From: a virus
Lineage: Duplodnaviria > Caudoviricetes
IMG/VR virus record: IMGVR_UViG_3300027730_000005
Reading direction: 5' to 3' (one strand)
Length of the DNA: 64,000 nucleotides
Both the position numbers and the translations under genes were made by a program. Positions 56,884-64,000 of the stretch are shown in pieces (within the stretch, counting starts at the first letter, position 1; every line of letters starts with the position of its first letter). The notes beneath the pieces are model-generated. The model did not search any database and had not been told where the DNA came from. It saw only the letters and a list, made by a program, of their open reading frames with translations.

Positions 56884-56908
56884 GCAAGCACTCGACCCGA
56901 GTGCTTGC
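56884..56908 (-). other. 11-bp perfect hairpin after gp32
   Basis: GCAAGCACTCG/CGAGTGCTTGC with no clear U-tract. Confidence 0.7.
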
Positions 56909-56920
56909 AATACTGGTCAG

Positions 56921-57913
56921 TTACTTGGCGGTGCGTGAGCGTATCATGGCCAGGATGTCTTCGGCCTTTTTGCTGCCTTCTGCTGGCTTAGACACAGGTG
57001 CCGATACCACTGCTGGCTCGTCATCAAAGTCATTTGCCACCGGTGCGTTGGCTGCTGGCTTGAACGCTGGCTTAGCTACTGGTGTATCTTCATCCACATC
57101 TGCCGCGGCTGCTGTTCCAACTGGCGCACTCATTCCGGCTGGGCGGTAGTATTGGCCCCAACGTTCCGTATCAAATGGTTGGCCGTCCACGCTGGCTTCA
57201 AACATCTCTTTGATCACGTTGAGTTCCACCGATGTAGGCTTCTTGGGCAAGAAGGTGCTGAGATCAAACAAACCATATTTTTCAACTGCTGCTTGTTCAA
57301 CTTCAGTAAGTGCAGACTCTTTACGTGCCCACTTGCTGGTGTTGTAATCAGCATAGCCGCCCTTTTGAGTTTTTGCAATACGGAAGTCTAGACCAGCTGT
57401 GTAATCAGTTGGCAAGTTTTCCAATTCTGGATCCATCAATGCACCTTTGATGATTGCAAAGATCTGAGGCCCAATCACAAACTTACGGATGGGATTGTCT
57501 GGAGTTTTGTCGTCAGCGAGCGGATTGTCGCGCACAAAACCTTGATAGATATAACTGCGTTTTTTCCAATACTTACGACCCATCTCTTCAAGACTCTTGT
57601 CTTTGAACCAAGGACGTACTTCAGTAAGAATTGGACAAGTTTCTCCCCACATTTCCATGCAAGGAACTTGTATCATAACTTGTTTGGATTCCATTTCTCC
57701 TTTGATGCCGTTGAAGGGCAGTCGAATCATGGCCCGTTCGGCCCAGAAGAATGTGTTTTTGTTGTTGCCATCCGGTAAGAATCGGAAGGTTGCGGCTTGT
57801 CCTTCATCCATGTTCCAGTGTGGATAAATTGAATTATCGCCTCCACCTGTGGATGTTTTGCCTTTGTTTTCTGCTGCCTGTAGTCTTGCTCGAATTTCTG
57901 ATAAAGTTGCCAT
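56921..57913 (-). CDS. gp32: Single-stranded DNA-binding protein (gp32-like)
   Basis: RFLPD, CPIL, YWKKRSY, FVIGPQIF, DYTAGLDF, DYNTSKW, and an acidic tail. Confidence 0.9.
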   Translation of the reverse strand: MATLSEIRARLQAAENKGKTSTGGGDNSIYPHWNMDEGQAATFRFLPDGNNKNTFFWAERAMIRLPFNGIKGEMESKQVMIQVPCMEMWGETCPILTEVRPWFKDKSLEEMGRKYWKKRSYIYQGFVRDNPLADDKTPDNPIRKFVIGPQIFAIIKGALMDPELENLPTDYTAGLDFRIAKTQKGGYADYNTSKWARKESALTEVEQAAVEKYGLFDLSTFLPKKPTSVELNVIKEMFEASVDGQPFDTERWGQYYRPAGMSAPVGTAAAADVDEDTPVAKPAFKPAANAPVANDFDDEPAVVSAPVSKPAEGSKKAEDILAMIRSRTAK

Positions 57914-58007
57914 AGTTTTTTCTCCTGTAAATGCCTATGTAAAATGCCTATCTAATGATTTAGATTGTGTTGCCTGTGCCACAAATGAAAAAGCGCAAAC
58001 ACAGTGT

Positions 58008-58036
58008 AGTATATGCGCTTTCTGTCTCTGTGTCAA
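58008..58036 (-). promoter_or_regulatory. Sigma70-type promoter for gp32, with a late TAAATA just upstream (58040-58045)
   Basis: TTGACA-17nt-TATACT. Confidence 0.8.
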
Positions 58037-58047
58037 TGTTATTTATG

Positions 58048-59616
58048 TCATTTGAGCAAACTCAATGATTTTATTCTTGCCAATTGTGTTTCGTAGATGC
58101 TGTCGGAGCATTCTGCCAGGCTGTGTACTGGACAGTAATGATTCTCCATAGTGTAATTGCATTCTTTCACAGGTTGTTGTGTTTCAAATGTAGATGGATC
58201 ATCACCTTCTGCTACCGGTGCTACCGGTGCTACTGGTGCAACCTGATCTGGAGGAGGTGCTTCTACTGGCTCAGGTTGTACTGCTGGTTCCTGCACCGGC
58301 ACTGGCTCAGCCACTGGCTCTGCTGGTTGTTTTAACGCACTTGACAGTTCAGCAAGTTCAGGTAGGCGGTCTTCGTTACGGTCAACCCAGGCTTGCACTA
58401 GTGGTACTGCATCTGCTGTAGGATCTTCTTGAGCCATTGCTGACAGTTGATCAAACAATACATCATCGCCGATCAAGTTGAACAATACATCTGTTACATC
58501 TTCTGCATCTGGTCCTAGTGGGCGCGGTTGACTCATCCACATTTTGAGTTCATCAATTTGTTCAGGAGTTTCAGGCACAGCCCATGTTCCTTCAACTAAT
58601 TTACTTGCCCAAGATTCAAATATGTCAGCTTCTTTCATGGCTTGTGATTCTTTTTGTATACGTGCCAGCATAGGCAATGCTTGCTCTATTCTAGGATCAA
58701 TACGTGTTTCAATAAACATTTCACGTAGGTCTTCCACAACCATGTCTGATTCAGTAACCTCTGCGGGTTGCCAGGATTCAAAATACTTCTCGTATCCACG
58801 ACTGTTGGCCATGTATTTTAAATTTTGATTAAGCTGCTGGTAGTATTGATTGGTTTCTGTTACCAAGTTAGCCGCAGATCCTTCGTACACACGACCTTGT
58901 TGTGCTCTGCGGAACTGGCTCAAAGTATTAAGTTGACTTACTGTTTCAGATATGTGTTGTCCACGCAGATCGTAAGGATTGCCACCTTGACGCACATGTT
59001 CTACCATGGCTCGACCACCGGCTAGTTTACGGAATGGCAAACGGAATCGTTCACCCTCGGCAGTTTCAATAAACAAACTTTCCACATAGCGATAACGCTT
59101 GTCACCTTCTACTATGGGTTTGGAATGCTTGATCATGAGTCTAGCATCCGTTGGCTCACCAGAGTAACTGACCTTGCGTGTGCCGTAAAAACTTTCTGTC
59201 AGTGCTGCTTGACCAGCTATGGCATACTTGAGTCTGCTGATGTTATCCAAGCTGAATCCACCACGTACTTTACTGGTACGGATAGCAAAGTTTTTAAGTT
59301 GTTCCAAGAACCCTGTTTGCCCTGTTTCTGGATCACCATACCAGGCTTTTTTATCTTCTGGATCCATGGTACGACCTAGATTGTCACCAAAGTACACAGT
59401 CATGCCGCCATTTTGGTCCATCAGGATTACCATGGTTCCGTAGTTCTTACCAGTGGGTCCTACCCAATCAAAACTAAACATGTCTGCTTCGGAGACATCA
59501 GGAACTCCGCGATCGTTTACAGCGGGTTTGCCGGTCTTGGTACTGAGTGCGTCAACGTCAAAATCACGAGTGATTAAGAGATTGTTGAGTTCGCTTGCGA
59601 TTGAATTTTGTGCCAT
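58048..59616 (-). CDS. Hypothetical late protein, possible head/internal protein
   Basis: TAAATA 4 nt upstream, several L/V/I-x-E sites, and a Pro/Val/Ala-rich linker. Confidence 0.6.
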   Translation of the reverse strand: MAQNSIASELNNLLITRDFDVDALSTKTGKPAVNDRGVPDVSEADMFSFDWVGPTGKNYGTMVILMDQNGGMTVYFGDNLGRTMDPEDKKAWYGDPETGQTGFLEQLKNFAIRTSKVRGGFSLDNISRLKYAIAGQAALTESFYGTRKVSYSGEPTDARLMIKHSKPIVEGDKRYRYVESLFIETAEGERFRLPFRKLAGGRAMVEHVRQGGNPYDLRGQHISETVSQLNTLSQFRRAQQGRVYEGSAANLVTETNQYYQQLNQNLKYMANSRGYEKYFESWQPAEVTESDMVVEDLREMFIETRIDPRIEQALPMLARIQKESQAMKEADIFESWASKLVEGTWAVPETPEQIDELKMWMSQPRPLGPDAEDVTDVLFNLIGDDVLFDQLSAMAQEDPTADAVPLVQAWVDRNEDRLPELAELSSALKQPAEPVAEPVPVQEPAVQPEPVEAPPPDQVAPVAPVAPVAEGDDPSTFETQQPVKECNYTMENHYCPVHSLAECSDSIYETQLARIKSLSLLK

Positions 59617-59623
59617 ATAGTAT

Positions 59624-61195
59624 TTACCTCACCATTACAGAGATAAAGGGCATGGGTTCAATCACTTCTTCTCCATGATCTCGCATCTGTGTGCTTAATT
59701 CAGCATAGAAACTTTGCAGTATAGTAAGCATACGAACAGCTAATATAGTGGCCATTATAAGGTCGTCTGTTTCACCAATTTTGGCGGCATAACTTGTGCC
59801 ATGTGCCACAAAGTTCTTAAGCTCGCTGATCAAGCTCTTGCTGTTAATGGTCATTCTCCCCGATTCTATCAGATTTTTCAATTTACTACAAGCAGCCAAC
59901 TTGGTTTTGTTTGTGGTGTTAAATCCTTTGCGGAATCTACGTGTACCTGGGCCAGTGGTATCACTAAGAAAATATCCTTTGATGTTCTCTTCACCCCATT
60001 CAGCAATAGAAATCAATGCTGCTTCGCCAATGGTATTGTTTTCTACTGAATAGTAAATGCTTTTCTCATCGCCCACAGTATCATATATGTGTTTGATAAT
60101 ATCCTTTAAGATACGTATCTGCTCTGGAATAGGTGTTTTGTTATGTCGCCATTCACCAACTTGACGTGTGGTGTTGGCTTCAAATATCTGTATAGCGGCG
60201 GGGTCTCCACCTGTTCCCAAGCTGGGATCTAATGCCACAACGTACACTTGATCTCGGCGTATGGGTTCATACCAACGCACTTGCCCAGTCTTGTGTATAG
60301 GATCAATCCCAGTGAGATCTAACAATTTGGCAGGTGCTATTAAAGTCTCATCATTGATAATGAATTCACAATTCATCTCACGACGGAATCGATCATCGCC
60401 CAACTGCGCTCGCATATTATCGCCCCAGGCTTGATCACGATCTGGATGTTCTTCCCAATAGCTGCGATAGGCTTTGAATCCATTCATACCCAGCTCAGTG
60501 GGATTGCCATATTCATCTTCACATTTGTTGGCCCCTTTCCACAAGTAAGCAAACTGGTCCTCGTCTGAATTGGGGGTTGATGTGATAATAGCTTTACCAC
60601 CTGTGGCCAGTGTGGGCGATATACTTGTCCAAAACTCTTTGGCAATAGTAGGACGCACATAAGCAAACTCGTCGGCGTACAGCAAGGTAATACTCATACC
60701 ACGACCAGTTGTTTCAGTTGTGGTAGCTGAAACTATTCGGCTACCGTTTTCAAAGTCTATGGATCCTTTGTTGTAGTTTGTGGCACCTGCTCGTATGTGA
60801 TCAGGGCACAACTCATAAGCAAATCTTATTCGTTGCATGATCTCTTGAGCGCCGGTGTATTTGTGTGCTGCTATCAAGATAGTGGAATCAGGTACAAACA
60901 TAGCGTACCAAAGTATGTAACCTGCTGCTGATGTTGATTTGCCGGTCTGTCGCGGCATCATGGAGATTGAATATCTGTTGTGATGATATGTATCAATCAG
61001 GTTCTTTTGATATTCAAAAGGATGATACAGCATCTTGCCCTGTGTGGGGTGCTGGATATAGAAGAAGTTGTCCATGAAGTAGTGTGGCCCTGTATCAGGG
61101 TCAGCACATTTCAAAAATTCGTCTAGTTCTTCTTCGGTAAATTTCTGACGACGATGTGGTGCCTTGATCAGCACCCCTTCAATTGGTTTTGCCAT
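59624..61195 (-). CDS. terL: Terminase large subunit (gp17-like)
   Basis: PRQTGKS, YADEFA, ITSTPN, VALDPSLG, DDLIMA. Confidence 0.95.
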   Translation of the reverse strand: MAKPIEGVLIKAPHRRQKFTEEELDEFLKCADPDTGPHYFMDNFFYIQHPTQGKMLYHPFEYQKNLIDTYHHNRYSISMMPRQTGKSTSAAGYILWYAMFVPDSTILIAAHKYTGAQEIMQRIRFAYELCPDHIRAGATNYNKGSIDFENGSRIVSATTTETTGRGMSITLLYADEFAYVRPTIAKEFWTSISPTLATGGKAIITSTPNSDEDQFAYLWKGANKCEDEYGNPTELGMNGFKAYRSYWEEHPDRDQAWGDNMRAQLGDDRFRREMNCEFIINDETLIAPAKLLDLTGIDPIHKTGQVRWYEPIRRDQVYVVALDPSLGTGGDPAAIQIFEANTTRQVGEWRHNKTPIPEQIRILKDIIKHIYDTVGDEKSIYYSVENNTIGEAALISIAEWGEENIKGYFLSDTTGPGTRRFRKGFNTTNKTKLAACSKLKNLIESGRMTINSKSLISELKNFVAHGTSYAAKIGETDDLIMATILAVRMLTILQSFYAELSTQMRDHGEEVIEPMPFISVMVR

Positions 61196-61240
61196 AGTCA
61201 GTTAGTTATGCCGAATTTATTCAGATCGGCCTTATTCGGT

Positions 61241-61678
61241 CTAATTACACCAGCTTTGCTTTGCTTCGCCATAATACTCACGTGCAAATCCATTGGCTAT
61301 CAACATACTGCGTAGGCTTTGTCCGTTTAGGATCACATCCCCCAACACACGCCCGCCATACTTGTCCCAATCAATCAATGCAATTTGTCTTGTAGTAGAT
61401 GTAGAAATTACATTCTTGGTAAATGCAGACGCAGCTTCGCCGCGAGCAGCTTCTGAGGGGCATTCTGCACGGAATCCTTTTTCAGGTGTATCAACTCCAT
61501 ACACACGGATACTAAGTTCTTTTTTGAGTGGTGCAGGCAAAAAGTCTGCTTGGAATGCCACCGTGTCACCGTCAATCACTCGGGTGATCACAGCATCGTA
61601 AATCACGCTAGGACGTTGTTTGGGTTGTGCTATAACTAGTGCAGGCACGATCAGAAAGAGTAGGAATAGTTTTTTCAT
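61241..61678 (-). CDS. Thermonuclease (SNase) family nuclease with signal peptide
   Basis: RVIDGDT, IRVYGVDTPE, DKYGGRVL, GFAREY, and an N-terminal hydrophobic leader. Confidence 0.9.
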   Translation of the reverse strand: MKKLFLLFLIVPALVIAQPKQRPSVIYDAVITRVIDGDTVAFQADFLPAPLKKELSIRVYGVDTPEKGFRAECPSEAARGEAASAFTKNVISTSTTRQIALIDWDKYGGRVLGDVILNGQSLRSMLIANGFAREYYGEAKQSWCN

Positions 61679-61679
61679 G

Positions 61680-62288
61680 TCATGCTATTTGATATGTGCC
61701 CGAGATATCAAAGTGTGCGCCTGCTTGCCAGGCGCCTGTGGCTGGAGTGTTGAATTTCCAAACTAGATCAGAGACGCTACCAGAATAATACAGTTTCATC
61801 ACTGTAGGGCTGTCGCTGATGTCTGTGATGCCAGCAATATGGTATAAGGCAGGAGAACCAGCACCTGCTGTTTGATGCAGGCTGCCGCCGGCCAGTCTAA
61901 ATGTGTTTATTGCTGGCGTGGGCAATGTTATCTGATATCCTGTGCTGCCAAAGTTGGTAACTCCTGTAAAATCAATATATACATGTATAAACATCAAAGG
62001 ACCCATGCGCACATAGGATGCTGTGACAGTACCTCCAGCAAATGTACCCGATCCGTCAGTAAATTGCGGGTTGAATGTTGTGCTGCTGGTAACGCCAGAT
62101 CCGTATGCGACCAAATTTAGATTTCCATTGACGTTGCCCACATAGATATCTTGTGTGAGTTGGTTGACTACTAATTCACTTGGGCGAGCAACGCCATTGT
62201 AGTCAGCAATGGTCTCTTGAGCATTGTCTTTCATTACTGCACGGCTTATGCCGGTGATATCATCATAGGGTGGTGGTGGATTTGCCAT
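61680..62288 (-). CDS. Putative tail-fibre-type structural protein
   Basis: G/T/S-rich, with YVRMGPLMFIH...TLP and ISGTYQ resembling fibre C-terminal domains. TAAATA is 7 nt upstream. Confidence 0.5.
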   Translation of the reverse strand: MANPPPPYDDITGISRAVMKDNAQETIADYNGVARPSELVVNQLTQDIYVGNVNGNLNLVAYGSGVTSSTTFNPQFTDGSGTFAGGTVTASYVRMGPLMFIHVYIDFTGVTNFGSTGYQITLPTPAINTFRLAGGSLHQTAGAGSPALYHIAGITDISDSPTVMKLYYSGSVSDLVWKFNTPATGAWQAGAHFDISGTYQIA

Positions 62289-62326
62289 AGTCGTTTATTT
62301 AGCAAACATTGTTTAATGCTAGAATC

Positions 62327-63238
62327 CTAAAAGAACGCAAAGAAGTTTCCAGCATATCCGCCCACAGGCGCTGGCGGTGCAGTAAATATCCAGCCAAGAT
62401 TGTTGCTGACATTGGTTGATGTTGTGCCTGCATACCACGCTGCACCGCCAGTGGCATTGGAATCTCGGATACTTAAAAAACCAACACTCACCGTGCCCGA
62501 TGATTTGCTCAATGTGGCCCGAGTGGCTGCGATACTGCTGTTGATCGTGACCAAACTGCCCAATACCCCTGACAAAGTAAAATCAGCGAATGTCTGTGTA
62601 GAACTTGCTGTAAAAGTAATCGTGCTGGGTCTTGTGGTTGCTGTTAGATCAGCAAATGAATTATTGCCCGATATGGTCAATGCACCAGCACCGCCTTGAT
62701 TCAGCGTTGAGAACGAACCGCTGCCGCCGGCAAATGTTTTTGCTGTGGCCGCTGTCATACTGATAATCAATCCACCGGGGTCAAACACTGCCACATTGTT
62801 GGTACCGTCAACCCCCACAGTGACATTGCCGTTTGCACTCACTATGGACACATTGCTTGTGCCATTGCTGATGTTGGACACATTGCCGCCGCTGCCACCT
62901 GAAATGGTAATAGTTACCGTATTACCCACGTTAGAAGCAACAACACCTGCACCTACAAAATTAAAACTGCTGACATTAGAGGTCAATAAAGACCCTTGAT
63001 TAGACACAGAAATATTAGCAGTTGAATTGGCACCGCCACCGACCATTATACCGCCAGGTGTGTTACCGTTGCTGTAGTAGAACGCATTGGAAACAGGGTT
63101 CCACCAGATGCGTCCCTCTTGACCTACATAAGCAGCAGCATTGGCTTCAGCTTCTTGAACATTTCCCTGTGTGAAGTTATCACGACTGGTAAAAAGTTTT
63201 TGTATGTATACTGAATCGTTAGTATTGCCGGTACTCAT
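62327..63238 (-). CDS. Putative tail-fibre/structural protein
   Basis: G/S/N/T-rich repeats (NFVGAGV, NGTSNV) and ATGGAAWYAG...NNLGWIF. Confidence 0.55.
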   Translation of the reverse strand: MSTGNTNDSVYIQKLFTSRDNFTQGNVQEAEANAAAYVGQEGRIWWNPVSNAFYYSNGNTPGGIMVGGGANSTANISVSNQGSLLTSNVSSFNFVGAGVVASNVGNTVTITISGGSGGNVSNISNGTSNVSIVSANGNVTVGVDGTNNVAVFDPGGLIISMTAATAKTFAGGSGSFSTLNQGGAGALTISGNNSFADLTATTRPSTITFTASSTQTFADFTLSGVLGSLVTINSSIAATRATLSKSSGTVSVGFLSIRDSNATGGAAWYAGTTSTNVSNNLGWIFTAPPAPVGGYAGNFFAFF

Positions 63239-63247
63239 TGTGGCTCT

Positions 63248-63616
63248 TTAGTCGTCTACGGAACCGTCTCCGCCAGCATCAACTTGTAAAAGAGACGCTA
63301 TTCTGCGGCGCAGTTGATTCATATCATCCTCGCTGTGAATTTGCGTTGTAGAGTATTCCTGTTGTGTTTCTGCATTGTTGTTACTTTGGCTAAGACTCAA
63401 ATGATGTGCAGGAACACAACCGTCTTGATCAGGAACATTTGGCGAGTAGATGTTGTTTACATCCACTGCTTTTTTTAATAGTTCTAATTTGAGTTGCAAT
63501 GGTGGAACAAATCGTTGAGGTGCTAGATCACCTTCATTGCTGCCACTTTCCGCTGATGATTGTCGTTCCAGATCAATCACATCGGCCAAGTTTCTTAAAA
63601 GTTCAGCAATTTTCAT
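63248..63616 (-). CDS. Hypothetical protein, possible internal head protein
   Basis: MKIAELL start and FVPPLQLKLELLKK. Confidence 0.6.
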   Translation of the reverse strand: MKIAELLRNLADVIDLERQSSAESGSNEGDLAPQRFVPPLQLKLELLKKAVDVNNIYSPNVPDQDGCVPAHHLSLSQSNNNAETQQEYSTTQIHSEDDMNQLRRRIASLLQVDAGGDGSVDD

Positions 63617-63623
63617 AATATGA

Positions 63624-64000
63624 TTACCTTGGATAACCGTTGAAGGCTTTTACAGGACTTTGATGATTTACCAATGAAGGCTCTAAGCTGTTTGGCGTGC
63701 TTACTTGTATTTTTTTACTAGGTAGTCCTGCCATTTTTAACGCTTGATCAATTACTGGTTCAACGGAATTATCAAACCCAGCCACAACTGCATGCTCGCC
63801 AAATGCTGTCTCTGCTGTCCAGACTGGCATGTTGGGGATTTTGTCTGTGCCAGCATCGCTTCTAGCACGGGCCATAGCTACACCAAATCTATATATCTGA
63901 TACGGATCGGAGGAATTTACACCAGGCAACACAAACACATGATTCATAGGATCTGCTTGCTCTGACGGTAAATTTTTTTCTTCAGTAATAAACTCTCGGG
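63624..64000 (-). CDS. Hypothetical protein, 5' end outside the window
   Basis: The frame stays open to the window edge (..REFITEEKNLPSEQADPMNH..) and contains an FITE motif. Confidence 0.7.
   Translation of the reverse strand, partial: REFITEEKNLPSEQADPMNHVFVLPGVNSSDPYQIYRFGVAMARARSDAGTDKIPNMPVWTAETAFGEHAVVAGFDNSVEPVIDQALKMAGLPSKKIQVSTPNSLEPSLVNHQSPVKAFNGYPR

Noticed and set aside
58210-58240. GCTACCGGT-type 9-bp repeats
   Set aside because: These simply encode a VAP-VAP-VAP linker within the protein.
29780-61195. Inteins or introns in the helicase, primase, UvsX, UvsW or terminase genes
   Set aside because: All are of normal length with contiguous motifs and no C-x-x-x-x-T or HN-[CST] junctions.
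574-63965. Numerous short antisense or alternate-frame ORFs in the track (e.g. 3384-3965, 20614-21204, 22518-23048, 41073-41564)
   Set aside because: They overlap well-supported genes, lack motifs, RBS or promoters, and are best explained as shadow ORFs.
1-64000. Genome-wide stop-codon reassignment
   Set aside because: TAA, TAG (e.g. 9074, 19161, 53180) and TGA (many ATGA overlaps) all end genes at natural C-termini, and core genes are full length in code 11.
1-64000. CRISPR array or mini-array
   Set aside because: There are no regularly spaced direct repeats with unique spacers. The recurring 5.8-8.0 kb motifs are promoters separated by genes.

Overview
This window is part of a large tailed-phage genome, distantly T4-like (myovirus/jumbo type), with most genes on the minus strand. 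It carries T4-like replication, recombination and packaging genes: gp41 helicase, gp61 primase, gp32 SSB, UvsW/X/Y, a putative clamp-loader small subunit, DNA ligase, NrdA/NrdB/glutaredoxin and the large terminase. It also has virion genes (PAAR, tail-fibre-like and putative internal head proteins), host-type genes (clpX, iscU, iscA, a Gram-negative porin, gmd), three radical SAM genes and a ~12 kb late glycan-modification island. The porin suggests a Gram-negative, probably betaproteobacterial, host (inference). The main finding is a fractured nrdA: two genes joined by an atypically split intein (19-aa IntN, 135-aa IntC), with a free-standing GIY-YIG-like endonuclease between them. Other notable items are a 189-aa mini-DnaE core, a Pol-beta-NTase/ligase-like fusion protein, a structured ~185-nt RNA behind a consensus sigma70 promoter, and many start codons only 3-7 nt from their promoters, implying leaderless mRNAs. 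I found no tRNA, rRNA or CRISPR array. All functional calls come from motif recognition by eye; no database search was run. Several start codons were moved from the ORF track to fit motifs, RBS/promoters or gene overlaps.
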